Positions 27,278-36,824 of a DNA stretch of 64,000 bases are shown one piece after another. The DNA is taken from assembly GCA_016302315.1 (NCBI GenBank), contig JAEDNW010000001.1, positions 3,332 through 67,331 on the forward strand, read 5' to 3'. Origin of the DNA: Lentisphaeria bacterium. GTDB lineage: Bacteria > Verrucomicrobiota > Lentisphaeria > Oligosphaerales > Oligosphaeraceae. A program made the translations under genes and the position numbers. The notes below the pieces were generated by a model. The model made no database searches. It saw only the letters and a program-made list of their open reading frames with translations, and had not been told where the DNA came from. The number at the start of each line of letters is the position of its first letter. Within the stretch, counting starts at the first letter, position 1.

Positions 27278-28690
27278 ATGTCTGAAGAGTCAAGCCAATC
27301 CATGGGGAGCGGTCCCTTGCGGGTCCGGATTCTGCTCTTGGAAACGGACGAAGGCCGCGGAGAGATTCTCCGGGGTCTTCTACGGAACCAGGAGTGTCGG
27401 GTGCGCACGGCATCCCAGCCGGAGGAGGCGAGGGAGTTGCTGGCGGCGGGGGGATGGGACGCAGTATTTTGCGACATTCGGCTATCCCAGGTGCTTCCTC
27501 CCGGCCTCTCCGATTCCGGCGTCTGTCCCGTCTTCCTGCTGACCAGCTACGACGCCATGTCCCAGGCCCAGGAGCTCGTAGAGCGAGGGATGGCGATGCA
27601 ATGGATTCCCACCCCCATCCGGGCGGAGAAATTGCTTATGTCCCTTCGGGCAGCCCTGAGGGGTCGCGGGGAGATCCCGGGGGGGGATGGAGAGCCAGGG
27701 AGAGAGAGGAAGTCGGGGGAAGAAGGGGGAAGCAGCAAAGATATTCGCCGTCATTTTGGGCTGATGGTAGGGGAATCGGAGCCCATGCAGGAGTTGTATC
27801 ATCAGATCGAGAAAGTCGCCGATTCCGACATGTCCGTTCTGATCCTGGGGGAGAGCGGCACGGGGAAGGAACTGGTAGCCAAGGCCATCCACCAGGCGGG
27901 GAGACGCGGAGGAAAGCCCTTCATCCCTGTCAATTGCGCCTCTCTGCCGGAAAACCTTCTGGAGAGCGAGCTGTTTGGATACGTCAAAGGAGCATTTACG
28001 GGAGCCGTCCGGGACAAGGACGGCCTTTTTGTTGCCGCTGACGGCGGCACTCTTTTCCTGGACGAAATCGGCTCCATTCCCCTGGCCACCCAGATAGCCC
28101 TGCTCCGGGCCCTGCAGGAGCGGGAGGTGCGTCCTGTGGGTTCCACCCAGCCCCGTTCCGTGGATGTCCGGGTGGTGGCCGCCACCAACGAGAACGTGGA
28201 GATGCTCCGGGAGCAGGGGCGCATCCGCCAGGACCTCTTCTACCGCATCAGCGCCTTCCCCCTCCATGTTCCCCCGCTCCGGGAGCGTTCCGGCGACCTT
28301 CCCCTTCTGTGCCAGGCCATTCTGGAGGAGCGGAGCAAAGGGGCGGTCCCCCTTCAGCTTTCCCCTGCCGCCCGGCTTCTTCTGGAGCGTCACCGCTGGC
28401 CGGGCAACATCCGGGAGCTCATCCACGTGCTGGAGCGGGGCGCCACCCTGGCGGAGCAGGGTCTCATCCGTCCCCGGGATCTACCCAGGGAGCTGGGGGA
28501 AGCCGGCCAGGAGCTGCCGGAGCCCCCTGCCTCCGCTCCCTCCCTCACCCTGAAGGCCTACCTCCGGCTCTGTGAACGGCAGTTTCTGAAGAAGGTGCTG
28601 GCGGAACAGGGAGACGACAAGGAGAAGGCGGCGAAAATCCTCGGCATCAGCGTGGCCACCCTCTACCGGAAGCTTTCCGATGTCTCCTGA
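27278..28690 (+). CDS. sigma-54-dependent transcriptional activator (receiver-AAA+-Fis HTH) with an atypical receiver domain
   Basis: 470 aa. Walker A is GESGTGKE, and GAFTGA is present ([10 protein letters not shown]). The C-terminal HTH is [19 protein letters not shown]. The receiver has the acceptor Asp (AVFCDIRL), but the conserved Lys-Pro is replaced by Thr-Pro (WIPTPI). Confidence 0.88.
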   Translation: MSEESSQSMGSGPLRVRILLLETDEGRGEILRGLLRNQECRVRTASQPEEARELLAAGGWDAVFCDIRLSQVLPPGLSDSGVCPVFLLTSYDAMSQAQELVERGMAMQWIPTPIRAEKLLMSLRAALRGRGEIPGGDGEPGRERKSGEEGGSSKDIRRHFGLMVGESEPMQELYHQIEKVADSDMSVLILGESGTGKELVAKAIHQAGRRGGKPFIPVNCASLPENLLESELFGYVKGAFTGAVRDKDGLFVAADGGTLFLDEIGSIPLATQIALLRALQEREVRPVGSTQPRSVDVRVVAATNENVEMLREQGRIRQDLFYRISAFPLHVPPLRERSGDLPLLCQAILEERSKGAVPLQLSPAARLLLERHRWPGNIRELIHVLERGATLAEQGLIRPRDLPRELGEAGQELPEPPASAPSLTLKAYLRLCERQFLKKVLAEQGDDKEKAAKILGISVATLYRKLSDVS

Positions 28691-28703
28691 CTCGACTCTG
28701 CCC

Positions 28704-29192
28704 ATGAAACGCCATTTTCTCCCCTTTCTCCTTCTGGCTCTTCTCCCCTTGTTCCTGGCCACCTCCTGCCGGACCTACACCCCCGCCTTTGTCCTCTCTC
28801 TTCACGAGTTCGCCGATCCCCAGATCAGCACCCGGCTCAACAAGCAGGTGCGCAACTCCAACCGGGAATGGCAGTACACCATCCAGAACTTCCCCTTCAT
28901 GGATGCCCGGGACTTCCTGGGAGGCGAGCTTTACGGCCCCGATGAAAACGGGTGCTATGGCCTCCGGATCCAGGTGGACATGTGGTCCCTGAACCGGATG
29001 CACCACACCGCCGGCGCCAACCTGGGCCTGCTCTTCGCCGTGGTGGTGGACGGCACCTATGTGGGCGCCTCCCATTTCACCCCGGAGATGCGGGACGAAG
29101 ATGTCCTGGTTCTCGAACCCATCTGGAATTTCTACGACGCCACCCGGATCCTGGAAAATCTGGAAGACAATCGGAACCACCTGCGCCCCTAG
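28704..29192 (+). CDS. lipoprotein, function unknown
   Basis: MKRHFLPFLLLALLPLFLATSC carries a lipobox (LATS|C). About 162 aa, with no recognisable family. Confidence 0.55.
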   Translation: MKRHFLPFLLLALLPLFLATSCRTYTPAFVLSLHEFADPQISTRLNKQVRNSNREWQYTIQNFPFMDARDFLGGELYGPDENGCYGLRIQVDMWSLNRMHHTAGANLGLLFAVVVDGTYVGASHFTPEMRDEDVLVLEPIWNFYDATRILENLEDNRNHLRP

Positions 29193-29312
29193 CCTTCCCC
29201 GTTGCCCCCTTTTCCCTTTTTCGTTCACTCCATCCGGCCCCTCTGACACCCCGCTCCCTCCCGGGAACGGCAGCGCCAGAGACGCCATTCCACGAGCAGC
29301 CCCCCAAATCCT

Positions 29313-31469
29313 ATGTCGCCCACCTATCGTGATCTCCATGCCCTGGACGAGCTTTTCGCCCAGGCCCCCAAGACCCCCGCCACCTGCGAAACCCTGGCCC
29401 AGCTCCTGAATGCCGCCCCCTCCCGGGCCCACGCCTGGCCTCCCTCCCTCCAGCTGGGCTGGAAGACTCACGCCGTCAAATATTTCCAGAGCCTCCCCGA
29501 AGACGCCCCCCTCGCCACCCCCCAGCGCAACCTCCTGCAGGCCATGCTGAACATGGGACTGGATGACGACGGCGAGCACAAGCTCTATCTGCGCCGCTTC
29601 TACATCCGCCTCTTCCACACCCTCCATCCCCAGTGCCCCAATGCCGAGGGAATCCTCCAGGTCCTGGGCCTCACCCTGGACAGCCCCGCCCCGGTGCTGG
29701 CGGCCGCCGCCAAACTCCAGGTCTTCCATGCCCTCCGCCCGGGCGTCCGCCTCTGGCTCCCCAACCTGGGCCTGAACACCGTCCAGGAAGTGAGTGAGCA
29801 GCACGGCAACATCACCCTGGCGGAAGATCCCGAGCGACGGCTTTCCCTGGGGGATCTCCTGGGACGCTGCGTCGTGCTGCTGGCCGACGGCGTCATGGAG
29901 TCCCTGGTGCTGAAGAAGAAGGTCTCCTTTGCCAGCCTGCCTGAACTCTACCAGGCCGCCTGCGACAGCATCGTCACCTGCCAGGAACCCTCCCAGTCCC
30001 TGGTGGACAAGATCCTGGTTCCCACCTACTACGGGGTGGCGGAGCTGCGGGCCATGTGCTCCTCCCAGAAGCAGGAGAGCCAGGGCGGCGAGAAGAACCA
30101 GACCCTCCTGGCCGGGCGCTGGGACTACAGCCGTTCTCTGGTGGAGATGCTGGGGCGCCTGGAGAAGACCGGGATTCCCGAAGGAGGGGACTGGAACCGG
30201 GACAACCTGAAGACCATTTTTGCCCGGGAGGCGGGGCGTCCCGAGATGGCGGTCCGCTGTGCCAGCGCCCTTTCGGTGCTTTTCCAGAACAGCCTGACCC
30301 GGGACCTGATCCAGGAGCTTTGCCAGGAGCTGAAGGAGCAGTTCCTGCCCTGGCACGACCTGGCGCTTTTCATCAGCGTCTCCGACGCCCTTCCCGGCAA
30401 ATATGTGGCCAACTGGTTTGCCCTGAGCCGGAGCATTGCCGGAGCCGAATACCTCATGGAAGGCACCCTGCAGATGCCCTGCCATCTCTGGGCCTACACC
30501 GAGAAGATCCTGGACGCCGAGGAGAGAAAGGCCTTTGAGGCCCGCTTCTTCCGGGATTTCAAGGAAGGCCGGGCCACGGCGGACCACTTCATGTGGCTGT
30601 GGAAGAAGGTCAAGCCCAGCGAAGAGCGCGCCAACTTCCTCTCCAACAGCGACCTCCTCTTCAAGACCCTCCACCGGGATGTCAAGGGGAACTACCTGAA
30701 GAGCCAGCGCAATCTCCGCAAGGCTCTGCTGGACAGCGAGGAGTTCCTCTACGAGGTGGTGAAGGCCCAGACGGAAGTGAAGGGCAAGGGCTCCGACAAG
30801 AAGCGGGTGCTGATGGACCAGGGTGACCTGAACGCCATCCGGGCCCTGGTGCGCTGCGCCAAGCGCATGCCCCTGCTGGACACCCGGGAGAAGCAATCCC
30901 TCCTGGTGAAGATCGCCCGCATCAGCGAGGAGGCCAAGGCCATTGTGGAGGAGAATGTGGCCACCCAGGTGAAGCAGACCATCGACCGCCTCACCTCCCT
31001 GCGCAGCTACCGCCAGCTCCAGGCGGACCTGGAGAAACTCCTCAACGAGGAAATCCCCGCCAACACCGCCGCCATCGAAGACGCCCGCTCCCGGGGAGAC
31101 CTCTCCGAAAACTCCGAATACAAGTACGCCAAGGAAGTGCAGAGGAATCTGGCCCGCCGCCGGAGCAAGCTCCAGCAGGAACTCAGCCTCTGCCAGCCCA
31201 TGGACTTCTCCACCCAGGAAGTGGGCGAATACGTCATCCCCGGAAGTGTCATCACGCTCCGGGAAGGAGACGGCACCGTCAGCCAGATCACCCTCCTGGG
31301 CCTCTACGACGGCGACAGCCAGAAGAACTGGTATTCCTACGACTCCCCCATGGGACGCATCCTGCTGGGGAACAAGGTGGAGGACGAGGTCACCCTTCCC
31401 TCGGGCAAGGCGGCGGTCATCCAGGCTATCTCTCCCCTGCCCCAGGAAACCCTGGACTTCCTCCGGTAG
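29313..31469 (+). CDS. greA: GreA-family transcript cleavage factor with a roughly 560-aa N-terminal extension
   Basis: The C-terminal 150 aa contain ARSRGDLSENSEYKYAKEVQ (the Gre coiled-coil tip with acidic residues) and a Gre C-terminal domain (VIPGSVITL...YDSPMGRILLGNKVEDEV). The N-terminal extension is unrelated to anything I recognise. Confidence 0.8.
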   Translation: MSPTYRDLHALDELFAQAPKTPATCETLAQLLNAAPSRAHAWPPSLQLGWKTHAVKYFQSLPEDAPLATPQRNLLQAMLNMGLDDDGEHKLYLRRFYIRLFHTLHPQCPNAEGILQVLGLTLDSPAPVLAAAAKLQVFHALRPGVRLWLPNLGLNTVQEVSEQHGNITLAEDPERRLSLGDLLGRCVVLLADGVMESLVLKKKVSFASLPELYQAACDSIVTCQEPSQSLVDKILVPTYYGVAELRAMCSSQKQESQGGEKNQTLLAGRWDYSRSLVEMLGRLEKTGIPEGGDWNRDNLKTIFAREAGRPEMAVRCASALSVLFQNSLTRDLIQELCQELKEQFLPWHDLALFISVSDALPGKYVANWFALSRSIAGAEYLMEGTLQMPCHLWAYTEKILDAEERKAFEARFFRDFKEGRATADHFMWLWKKVKPSEERANFLSNSDLLFKTLHRDVKGNYLKSQRNLRKALLDSEEFLYEVVKAQTEVKGKGSDKKRVLMDQGDLNAIRALVRCAKRMPLLDTREKQSLLVKIARISEEAKAIVEENVATQVKQTIDRLTSLRSYRQLQADLEKLLNEEIPANTAAIEDARSRGDLSENSEYKYAKEVQRNLARRRSKLQQELSLCQPMDFSTQEVGEYVIPGSVITLREGDGTVSQITLLGLYDGDSQKNWYSYDSPMGRILLGNKVEDEVTLPSGKAAVIQAISPLPQETLDFLR

Positions 31470-31738
31470 TCGTCGCCTCCCCCACCCCCTCCTCCCCCTC
31501 TCCGCAGCCCGGGGGGGAGGAAGGGGACCCTTTCGGGGGAAACAAGCGTCTTCTGTCTCCCCTCGCCGGAGATTTCCGGAAGAAAGAGGGGAGATGTCCC
31601 TAAAATTCAGAGAAAGCCCCTGTCTTCTGCTTGGCGAAGGTCGGGGAGCAGAGTATATTCCTGTTTCGCACCTGCTCCTTCCTGGCCCTTTCCCCTCCTG
31701 CCCCGTCTTTGGAAGGACACGGACCCCCCTTCGCCTTC

Positions 31739-32764
31739 ATGATTCCCTCGGAAAAAATCATTCCTTTTGACCAGCTGCCGCAGTGGCGGGAGTCCCTCCG
31801 CCGGGAGAACCGGCGTCTGGTGGTCACCAACGGGGTCTTTGACCTGATGCACCGGGGGCACGCCGAATATCTGACCCAGGCGGCCGCCCTGGGCGATGCG
31901 CTGCTGGTGCTGGTGAACGATGACGCCAGCGTCACCGCCCTCAAGGGGCCCAGCCGTCCCATTCTTTCCCAGGAGGACCGGGCCTTTCTGCTGGCCTCCC
32001 TGGAATGCGTGGCCGCTGTCTCCATCTTTCCGGGCCCCCAGGCTACGGAGGCGTTGCGCCGCAGTGCCCCGGATCTGTATGTCAAGGGAGGGGACTACAC
32101 GCCGGAGACCCTCAACCGGGATGAGTTCCAGGCTCTGCAGGCCTGCGGGAGCCAGATCCGGATTCTTCCCCTGGTTCCCGGATGCTCCACTTCGGGCATT
32201 GTGAAAAAGCTGCGCCAGGACAACCCGGAGAAGGACGCCGAGGCTCTGGACCGCCGTCTGCAGCCCATCTTCCGCCGGCGTTCCATCCGCACCTTCCTTC
32301 CCCGCACCGTGGAGCAGCAGGAAATCGGTCTTCTGCTGGAGGCCGCCATGGCGGCCCCCTCCGCCAAGGCCTGCTACCCCGCCCACTTCCTGGTGCTGAC
32401 GGACCCGGAAGAGCGGAAAGCCACGGCCAAGTGTCTGCCCAACGGCGCCTTCCTGGCCCAGGCACCCCTGGGGATCCTGGTCTGCGGAGATCAGGAAAAG
32501 AGCTGCCACCAGGCCCTCTCCTATCTCATCCAGGACTGCTCCGCCGCCGTGGAAAACCTGCTCCTGGCCGCCAGCATGCTGGGCCTGGGAGCCTGCTGGC
32601 TGGGCGTCCACCCCAATGAAGACCGGGTGACCGCCCTGCGCACCCATTTCCATCTGCCTCCTTCCATCATCCCCGTGGCCGCCGTGGCCCTGGGATGGCC
32701 CGGAGAGAGCAAGCCTCCCCGCACGAACTACCAGCCCGAACAGGTGCACGTGAACCTCTGGTGA
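31739..32764 (+). CDS. fusion protein: RfaE domain II-type cytidylyl/adenylyltransferase plus nitroreductase-family domain
   Basis: The N-terminal VVTNGVFDLMHRGHAEYL...LLVLVNDDASV..LKG.SRPI...LYVKGGDY...GCSTSGIVKK closely parallels HldE domain II. The C-terminal RRSIRTF...AAMAAPSA...LAASMLGLGACWLG...VALGWPGE is nitroreductase-like. Start taken as the ATG at 31739. Confidence 0.75.
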   Translation: MIPSEKIIPFDQLPQWRESLRRENRRLVVTNGVFDLMHRGHAEYLTQAAALGDALLVLVNDDASVTALKGPSRPILSQEDRAFLLASLECVAAVSIFPGPQATEALRRSAPDLYVKGGDYTPETLNRDEFQALQACGSQIRILPLVPGCSTSGIVKKLRQDNPEKDAEALDRRLQPIFRRRSIRTFLPRTVEQQEIGLLLEAAMAAPSAKACYPAHFLVLTDPEERKATAKCLPNGAFLAQAPLGILVCGDQEKSCHQALSYLIQDCSAAVENLLLAASMLGLGACWLGVHPNEDRVTALRTHFHLPPSIIPVAAVALGWPGESKPPRTNYQPEQVHVNLW

Positions 32765-32774
32765 TCCCGCCGCC

Positions 32775-33512
32775 ATGACCGTCACCCTATCCGCTTCATC
32801 CCAACCCCTGACCCAGGAGCAGAAGAACCGGCGCTTCCAACGCCGGTGGGATTTCTTCGTGCTGCTTACCCTGATCTTCTTCTCCCTGGCTCTCTTCCTC
32901 CCGGTGCTGGTGACCCGGAGGCCCGTCCCCTGGCGTCCCCCAGACCGCAATTCCTTCGTCCGCTCCATCCAGGCCGCCTTCGCTCCACAGGACCACAAGG
33001 CCTGGACCCCCACCGCCACGGTCTCCCTGGTGCTGGACTACTTCTCCTTCGGTGACGACCACCTGGTCTTCTACCGCGTCCACAGCCTGCTGGGGCATCT
33101 GCTCAAGACCGCCATGCTCTGGCTGCTGCTGCGCCGCCTCCGGGTTTCCGGCCACTTTGCCATGGGCTTTGCCTTCCTGGTGACCATATGGCCCAGCCGC
33201 ATCGAGGCCGTCATAACCCCCCATATGCGAGGCGTCATCGCCCTGACCCTCTTCTGCTATCTGGCCATGTTCCTGGCCACCTACCTGAACTCCCCGTACT
33301 GGCACTTCTGGATGGCGGGATGCGCCATCTCCTGCGTCTTTGCCGTGGGGGCCTCTCCCTGGGCGGCGCTTCTGCTGACGGCCATTCCCTCCGTCGCCTG
33401 GTGGTGCACCCCCCGGGGAAGCGAGTTCCGCTGGCAGCGTCTGATCCTTCCGGAGCTGACCCTGATCGGCTGCCTTCTGCTCTCCTTCCGGATGTCCGGC
33501 TACCTTGGGTAA
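32775..33512 (+). CDS. polytopic membrane protein, function unknown
   Basis: 245 aa with about 6 hydrophobic helices. No recognisable motif. Confidence 0.5.
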   Translation: MTVTLSASSQPLTQEQKNRRFQRRWDFFVLLTLIFFSLALFLPVLVTRRPVPWRPPDRNSFVRSIQAAFAPQDHKAWTPTATVSLVLDYFSFGDDHLVFYRVHSLLGHLLKTAMLWLLLRRLRVSGHFAMGFAFLVTIWPSRIEAVITPHMRGVIALTLFCYLAMFLATYLNSPYWHFWMAGCAISCVFAVGASPWAALLLTAIPSVAWWCTPRGSEFRWQRLILPELTLIGCLLLSFRMSGYLG

Positions 33513-33596
33513 CCGGAGTGTTCCCCAGGCGATCCTTCCCACCCCATTGATTCCCGAATCCACCCCCAACCCGAATCCCTTCCCCGCCTCTTCTCC

Positions 33597-34640
33597 ATGA
33601 AAAATCTTCTCTTCCTCTTTTCCTTCTGCCTCCTGCTGCCTCTCCTCCGGGCCGACCGCATTGTCCTGAACGACGGCTCCGTCCTCAACGGAACCCTGAA
33701 GAGCATCACCAACGGGACGCTGGTCCTGGCCACCGACTACGCCGGCGAGCTGAAGATTCCTGCCCAGCGGGTGGTGAAGCTGGACACTGTGGGGGCGGTG
33801 GAGATCGCCACCCAGGACGGGCAGCGCATCCAGGGGCGTCTGAACACCCAGGAAGCGGCCGCCCCCGCCCCTGGCGAGACCACCGGCGAGGCCCCTGCGG
33901 CCGCCCCCACGGCCCTGGCCCTGGGGAACGTGAAGTATCTGTGGACGGCGGGCATGGAAGATCCCACCCTGCCTCCCTCCCGGAAGTGGGACGGGGAATT
34001 CTCCCTGGACATCTCCGGCAAGACCGGCAACTCCGAGAAGTTCAACGGCGGAGCGGGCGCCATCGCCACCCTCACCGGTCCGGTGGACAAGCTGAAGCTC
34101 TACGCCAATGCCAGCTACGGGAGAGAGGACCACAACACCAATACCAAGAAGTATCTGGCCGGGGCGGACTATGAGCGTCAGCTGCTGGAGTCCCCCGCCA
34201 CCTGGTATGTGAACGGGGAACTGGAGCAGCAGCCCACCAGCGGCCTGCGCCTCCGTCAGGAAGTGGGCGCCGGTCTTGGCTACTACCTCTTCCAGCGGGA
34301 GAACAGCAGCCTGCGCCTCCGTGCCGGTCTCTCCGCCAAGGCCCGGAAGTACACCGACGGCAGCCACAACGACGCCATGGGCGGCCAGCTGGCCCTGCAC
34401 TACGAGCGGAATATCCAGGAGTGGGGCAAGTGGGTCACCGACCTGACCTTCCAGCCCTCCTGGGAGAACTTCCACGACTACCGGGCCCTCCATGAATCCT
34501 CCCTGGACATCCCCCTGGTCTTCCAGTATCCTCTGAGCCTCCGCCTGGGCATCTCCAACGAATACAACAGCCGGGTCTCCGAGGGTTCCGAGCGCATGGA
34601 AACCAGCTACTTCGCCAAGATGGTCTTCAAGTGGAAGTAG
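33597..34640 (+). CDS. DUF481-family outer-membrane protein
   Basis: Signal peptide MKNLLFLFSFCLLLPLLRA. An N-terminal DRIVLNDGSVLNG.L motif is present, and the barrel part shows G.TGNSE..N...A and a C-terminal ...YFAKMVFKWK, as in YdiY/DUF481 proteins. Confidence 0.7.
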   Translation: MKNLLFLFSFCLLLPLLRADRIVLNDGSVLNGTLKSITNGTLVLATDYAGELKIPAQRVVKLDTVGAVEIATQDGQRIQGRLNTQEAAAPAPGETTGEAPAAAPTALALGNVKYLWTAGMEDPTLPPSRKWDGEFSLDISGKTGNSEKFNGGAGAIATLTGPVDKLKLYANASYGREDHNTNTKKYLAGADYERQLLESPATWYVNGELEQQPTSGLRLRQEVGAGLGYYLFQRENSSLRLRAGLSAKARKYTDGSHNDAMGGQLALHYERNIQEWGKWVTDLTFQPSWENFHDYRALHESSLDIPLVFQYPLSLRLGISNEYNSRVSEGSERMETSYFAKMVFKWK

Positions 34641-34743
34641 TCCTTCCCCGGGGACTCCCCGGCCCCTTCTTTATCCCATGACTTCGGCGCCCTGCCCCTT
34701 CCTTCCCGGGAGGGAGGGGGCGCCGTTGCGCTTTTCCCGTCCC

Positions 34744-36813
34744 ATGGAGATTCTTGCCCCTGTCAATGCCGCCACCCTGGATGCCGCCCTGGAAGCCGGG
34801 GCGGATGCGGTGTATTTCGGCCTCAAGCGCCTGAACGCCCGGCGTGGTGCGCTGAATTTCACCCAGGATGAGCTGCCTGGCGTGGTGGAGAAGATCCACC
34901 GGCATGGCGCCAAGGCCCATCTGGCCCTGAACATCGACCTCACCCAGCGGGAGCTGGGGCTGGCGGCGCGCACCCTGGCCCTGGCCACGGCCACCGGAGT
35001 CGATGCGGTCATCGTCCGGGATCCGGCCATTCTTGCCCTTCGTTCCCGTTTTCCCCGGCTGGAATTTCATCTCAGCACCCAGTCGGGGGTTTCCTCCCTT
35101 GCCGGCGTGCGCATGGCCCGGGCGCTGGGATGCGACCGTGTGGTGCTGGCCCGGGAGATGACCCGGGAGGAGATTTCCGCCTGCTGCCGGGAGGGAGGGA
35201 TTGCCATTGAAGTCTTTGTGCAGGGGGCCCTTTGCTTCTGCGCCTCGGGGCACTGTCTTCTATCCAGCTGGGTGGGAGGGCGCAGTGGCAACCGGGGCGC
35301 CTGCGCTTCCCCCTGCCGGGTGGCCTGGCGCAGAGAGGGGGGAGAAGGTTCCGAGGGGCATCCCCTTTCCATGAAGGATCTCTGCCTGGTGGAACGCCTT
35401 CCCGAACTCCAGGAAATGGGGGTGGCCTCCCTGAAGATCGAGGGGCGTCTGAAATCCGCCGCCTGGGTTTCCCAGGCCGTGGGGCTCTATGTGGCCGCCA
35501 GGAAGGGAAGCCAGCCCCTCTCCCTTCTGAAGGAACAGGCCGAGACCCTGGGCGGATACACAGGACGCTCCCTGACGGAAGGATACTATGCCGGCCAGCA
35601 GGAGGGGCTGACGGACATCAGCCTGGGGCGGGGCAGAAAGGCCGCGCCTTCCCCCGGCCTCGTCCCTGCGCCCGCAGAAGCCCCGGCCCCTTCCCCCACG
35701 CTGCTCCTCCAGGTGACCCAGGATGACAGGGGAGGCACCTGCTTCCAATGCCAGCTGGGAAGCCTCTCCCAGAATCTCCGCATTCCTCCCCAGCGCATCC
35801 CCAATCCCCGGCGCGCCCTTTCTCTGGGGGAAATTCTCCCGCAAGCCCGGCTTCTGCTGGCCTCCCTGCCCCACCAGCTCCAGGTGCAGGAAGACCTGGA
35901 ATCCCTTCCTCTTCCCCGGCGCTGCCAGGATACCATCCTCCAGTTCCTCCAGGAATTCCTGCGGCGGGCCACCAAGGAGGATGACGGCACCATCCGCCAG
36001 GATCTCTCCCCCGAACTCCAGGAGAGCCTGCGCCCCCTGACCCCTTCCCCGGAAAACCGGCTTCCCCTGGGGGGAACGCCCCCGAAGATCTTCCGCCTGC
36101 GGCTCAGCCAGATCCCGGCGTTTCTCCAGCAGCCTCCGCCCTCCAGTTTTTCCCTGGTGATCACCCTCCAGGGCGAGGAATCCCCGGAGGCCCTGGAGGC
36201 GGCCCTGGCCCCTCTCTCCCTGCCCCCGGGCACCCTGACCCTCGCCCTCCCCGCCGTCTGCCACGACGAAACCCTGGCCGCCCTGGCGCCCCTGGTGGAC
36301 TGGGCACGGCAGCGGGGCCATCTTCTGGAGGCCAATTCCTGGGACACCCTGGAAGTCTGCCGGAGCCATCAGGCTCCCTTCGCCACTGGCCAGGGCCTGG
36401 CCATCCTGAATGCCCAGGCCGCCGCCTTCCTGCAGCAGTTGGGGGCCCGGTGGTGCGCCGCCTCCTGGGAGATGGACCAGAAACAGCTCCAGGAGCTTTG
36501 CGCCCAATGCCCCGCGCCTCTCGCTGTGACTCTCTTCAGCCGCCCGCCCCTCATGGTCACCCGGGCCCGTCTCCCCGAGGTCTTCCCGCCGGGAGAAATC
36601 CTCCAGGACGCCAGGGGGATTCGGCTGCGCCACGGACGCGAGGGGGAATCCACAGTGCTGCGGCCGGTCATCCCCATGGACTGGCGGGGCCTGCGGGATG
36701 GGAAAATCCGGGCCTTCCGCTGGGAGGCGGACCTCACAGGGCTGGACACGCCGGTGCTGCCGCCCCCGGAGGCCGCCCCCTTCCTCTTCAACTTCGACCG
36801 CACCCTCCGCTGA
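34744..36813 (+). CDS. U32-family peptidase-like protein with a long C-terminal extension
   Basis: From MEILAPVNAATLDAALEAGADAVYFGL. It has the U32 signature region E.FVQGALCFCASGHCLLSSW.GGRSGNRGACASPCR. About 430 further residues have no recognisable family. Confidence 0.75.
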   Translation: MEILAPVNAATLDAALEAGADAVYFGLKRLNARRGALNFTQDELPGVVEKIHRHGAKAHLALNIDLTQRELGLAARTLALATATGVDAVIVRDPAILALRSRFPRLEFHLSTQSGVSSLAGVRMARALGCDRVVLAREMTREEISACCREGGIAIEVFVQGALCFCASGHCLLSSWVGGRSGNRGACASPCRVAWRREGGEGSEGHPLSMKDLCLVERLPELQEMGVASLKIEGRLKSAAWVSQAVGLYVAARKGSQPLSLLKEQAETLGGYTGRSLTEGYYAGQQEGLTDISLGRGRKAAPSPGLVPAPAEAPAPSPTLLLQVTQDDRGGTCFQCQLGSLSQNLRIPPQRIPNPRRALSLGEILPQARLLLASLPHQLQVQEDLESLPLPRRCQDTILQFLQEFLRRATKEDDGTIRQDLSPELQESLRPLTPSPENRLPLGGTPPKIFRLRLSQIPAFLQQPPPSSFSLVITLQGEESPEALEAALAPLSLPPGTLTLALPAVCHDETLAALAPLVDWARQRGHLLEANSWDTLEVCRSHQAPFATGQGLAILNAQAAAFLQQLGARWCAASWEMDQKQLQELCAQCPAPLAVTLFSRPPLMVTRARLPEVFPPGEILQDARGIRLRHGREGESTVLRPVIPMDWRGLRDGKIRAFRWEADLTGLDTPVLPPPEAAPFLFNFDRTLR

Positions 36814-36824
36814 CCACCATCACC

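Noticed and set aside
31470-31738. 269-nt gap after greA with a long C/G-rich imperfect hairpin (CCCCTCCTCCCCC...GGGGGGGAGGAAGGGG) and small ORFs in the track
   Set aside because: The hairpin lacks a T-run, and the C/G-run pairing is what any poly-C/poly-G-rich spacer gives. The small ORFs (for example 31246-31770) have artefact-like composition.
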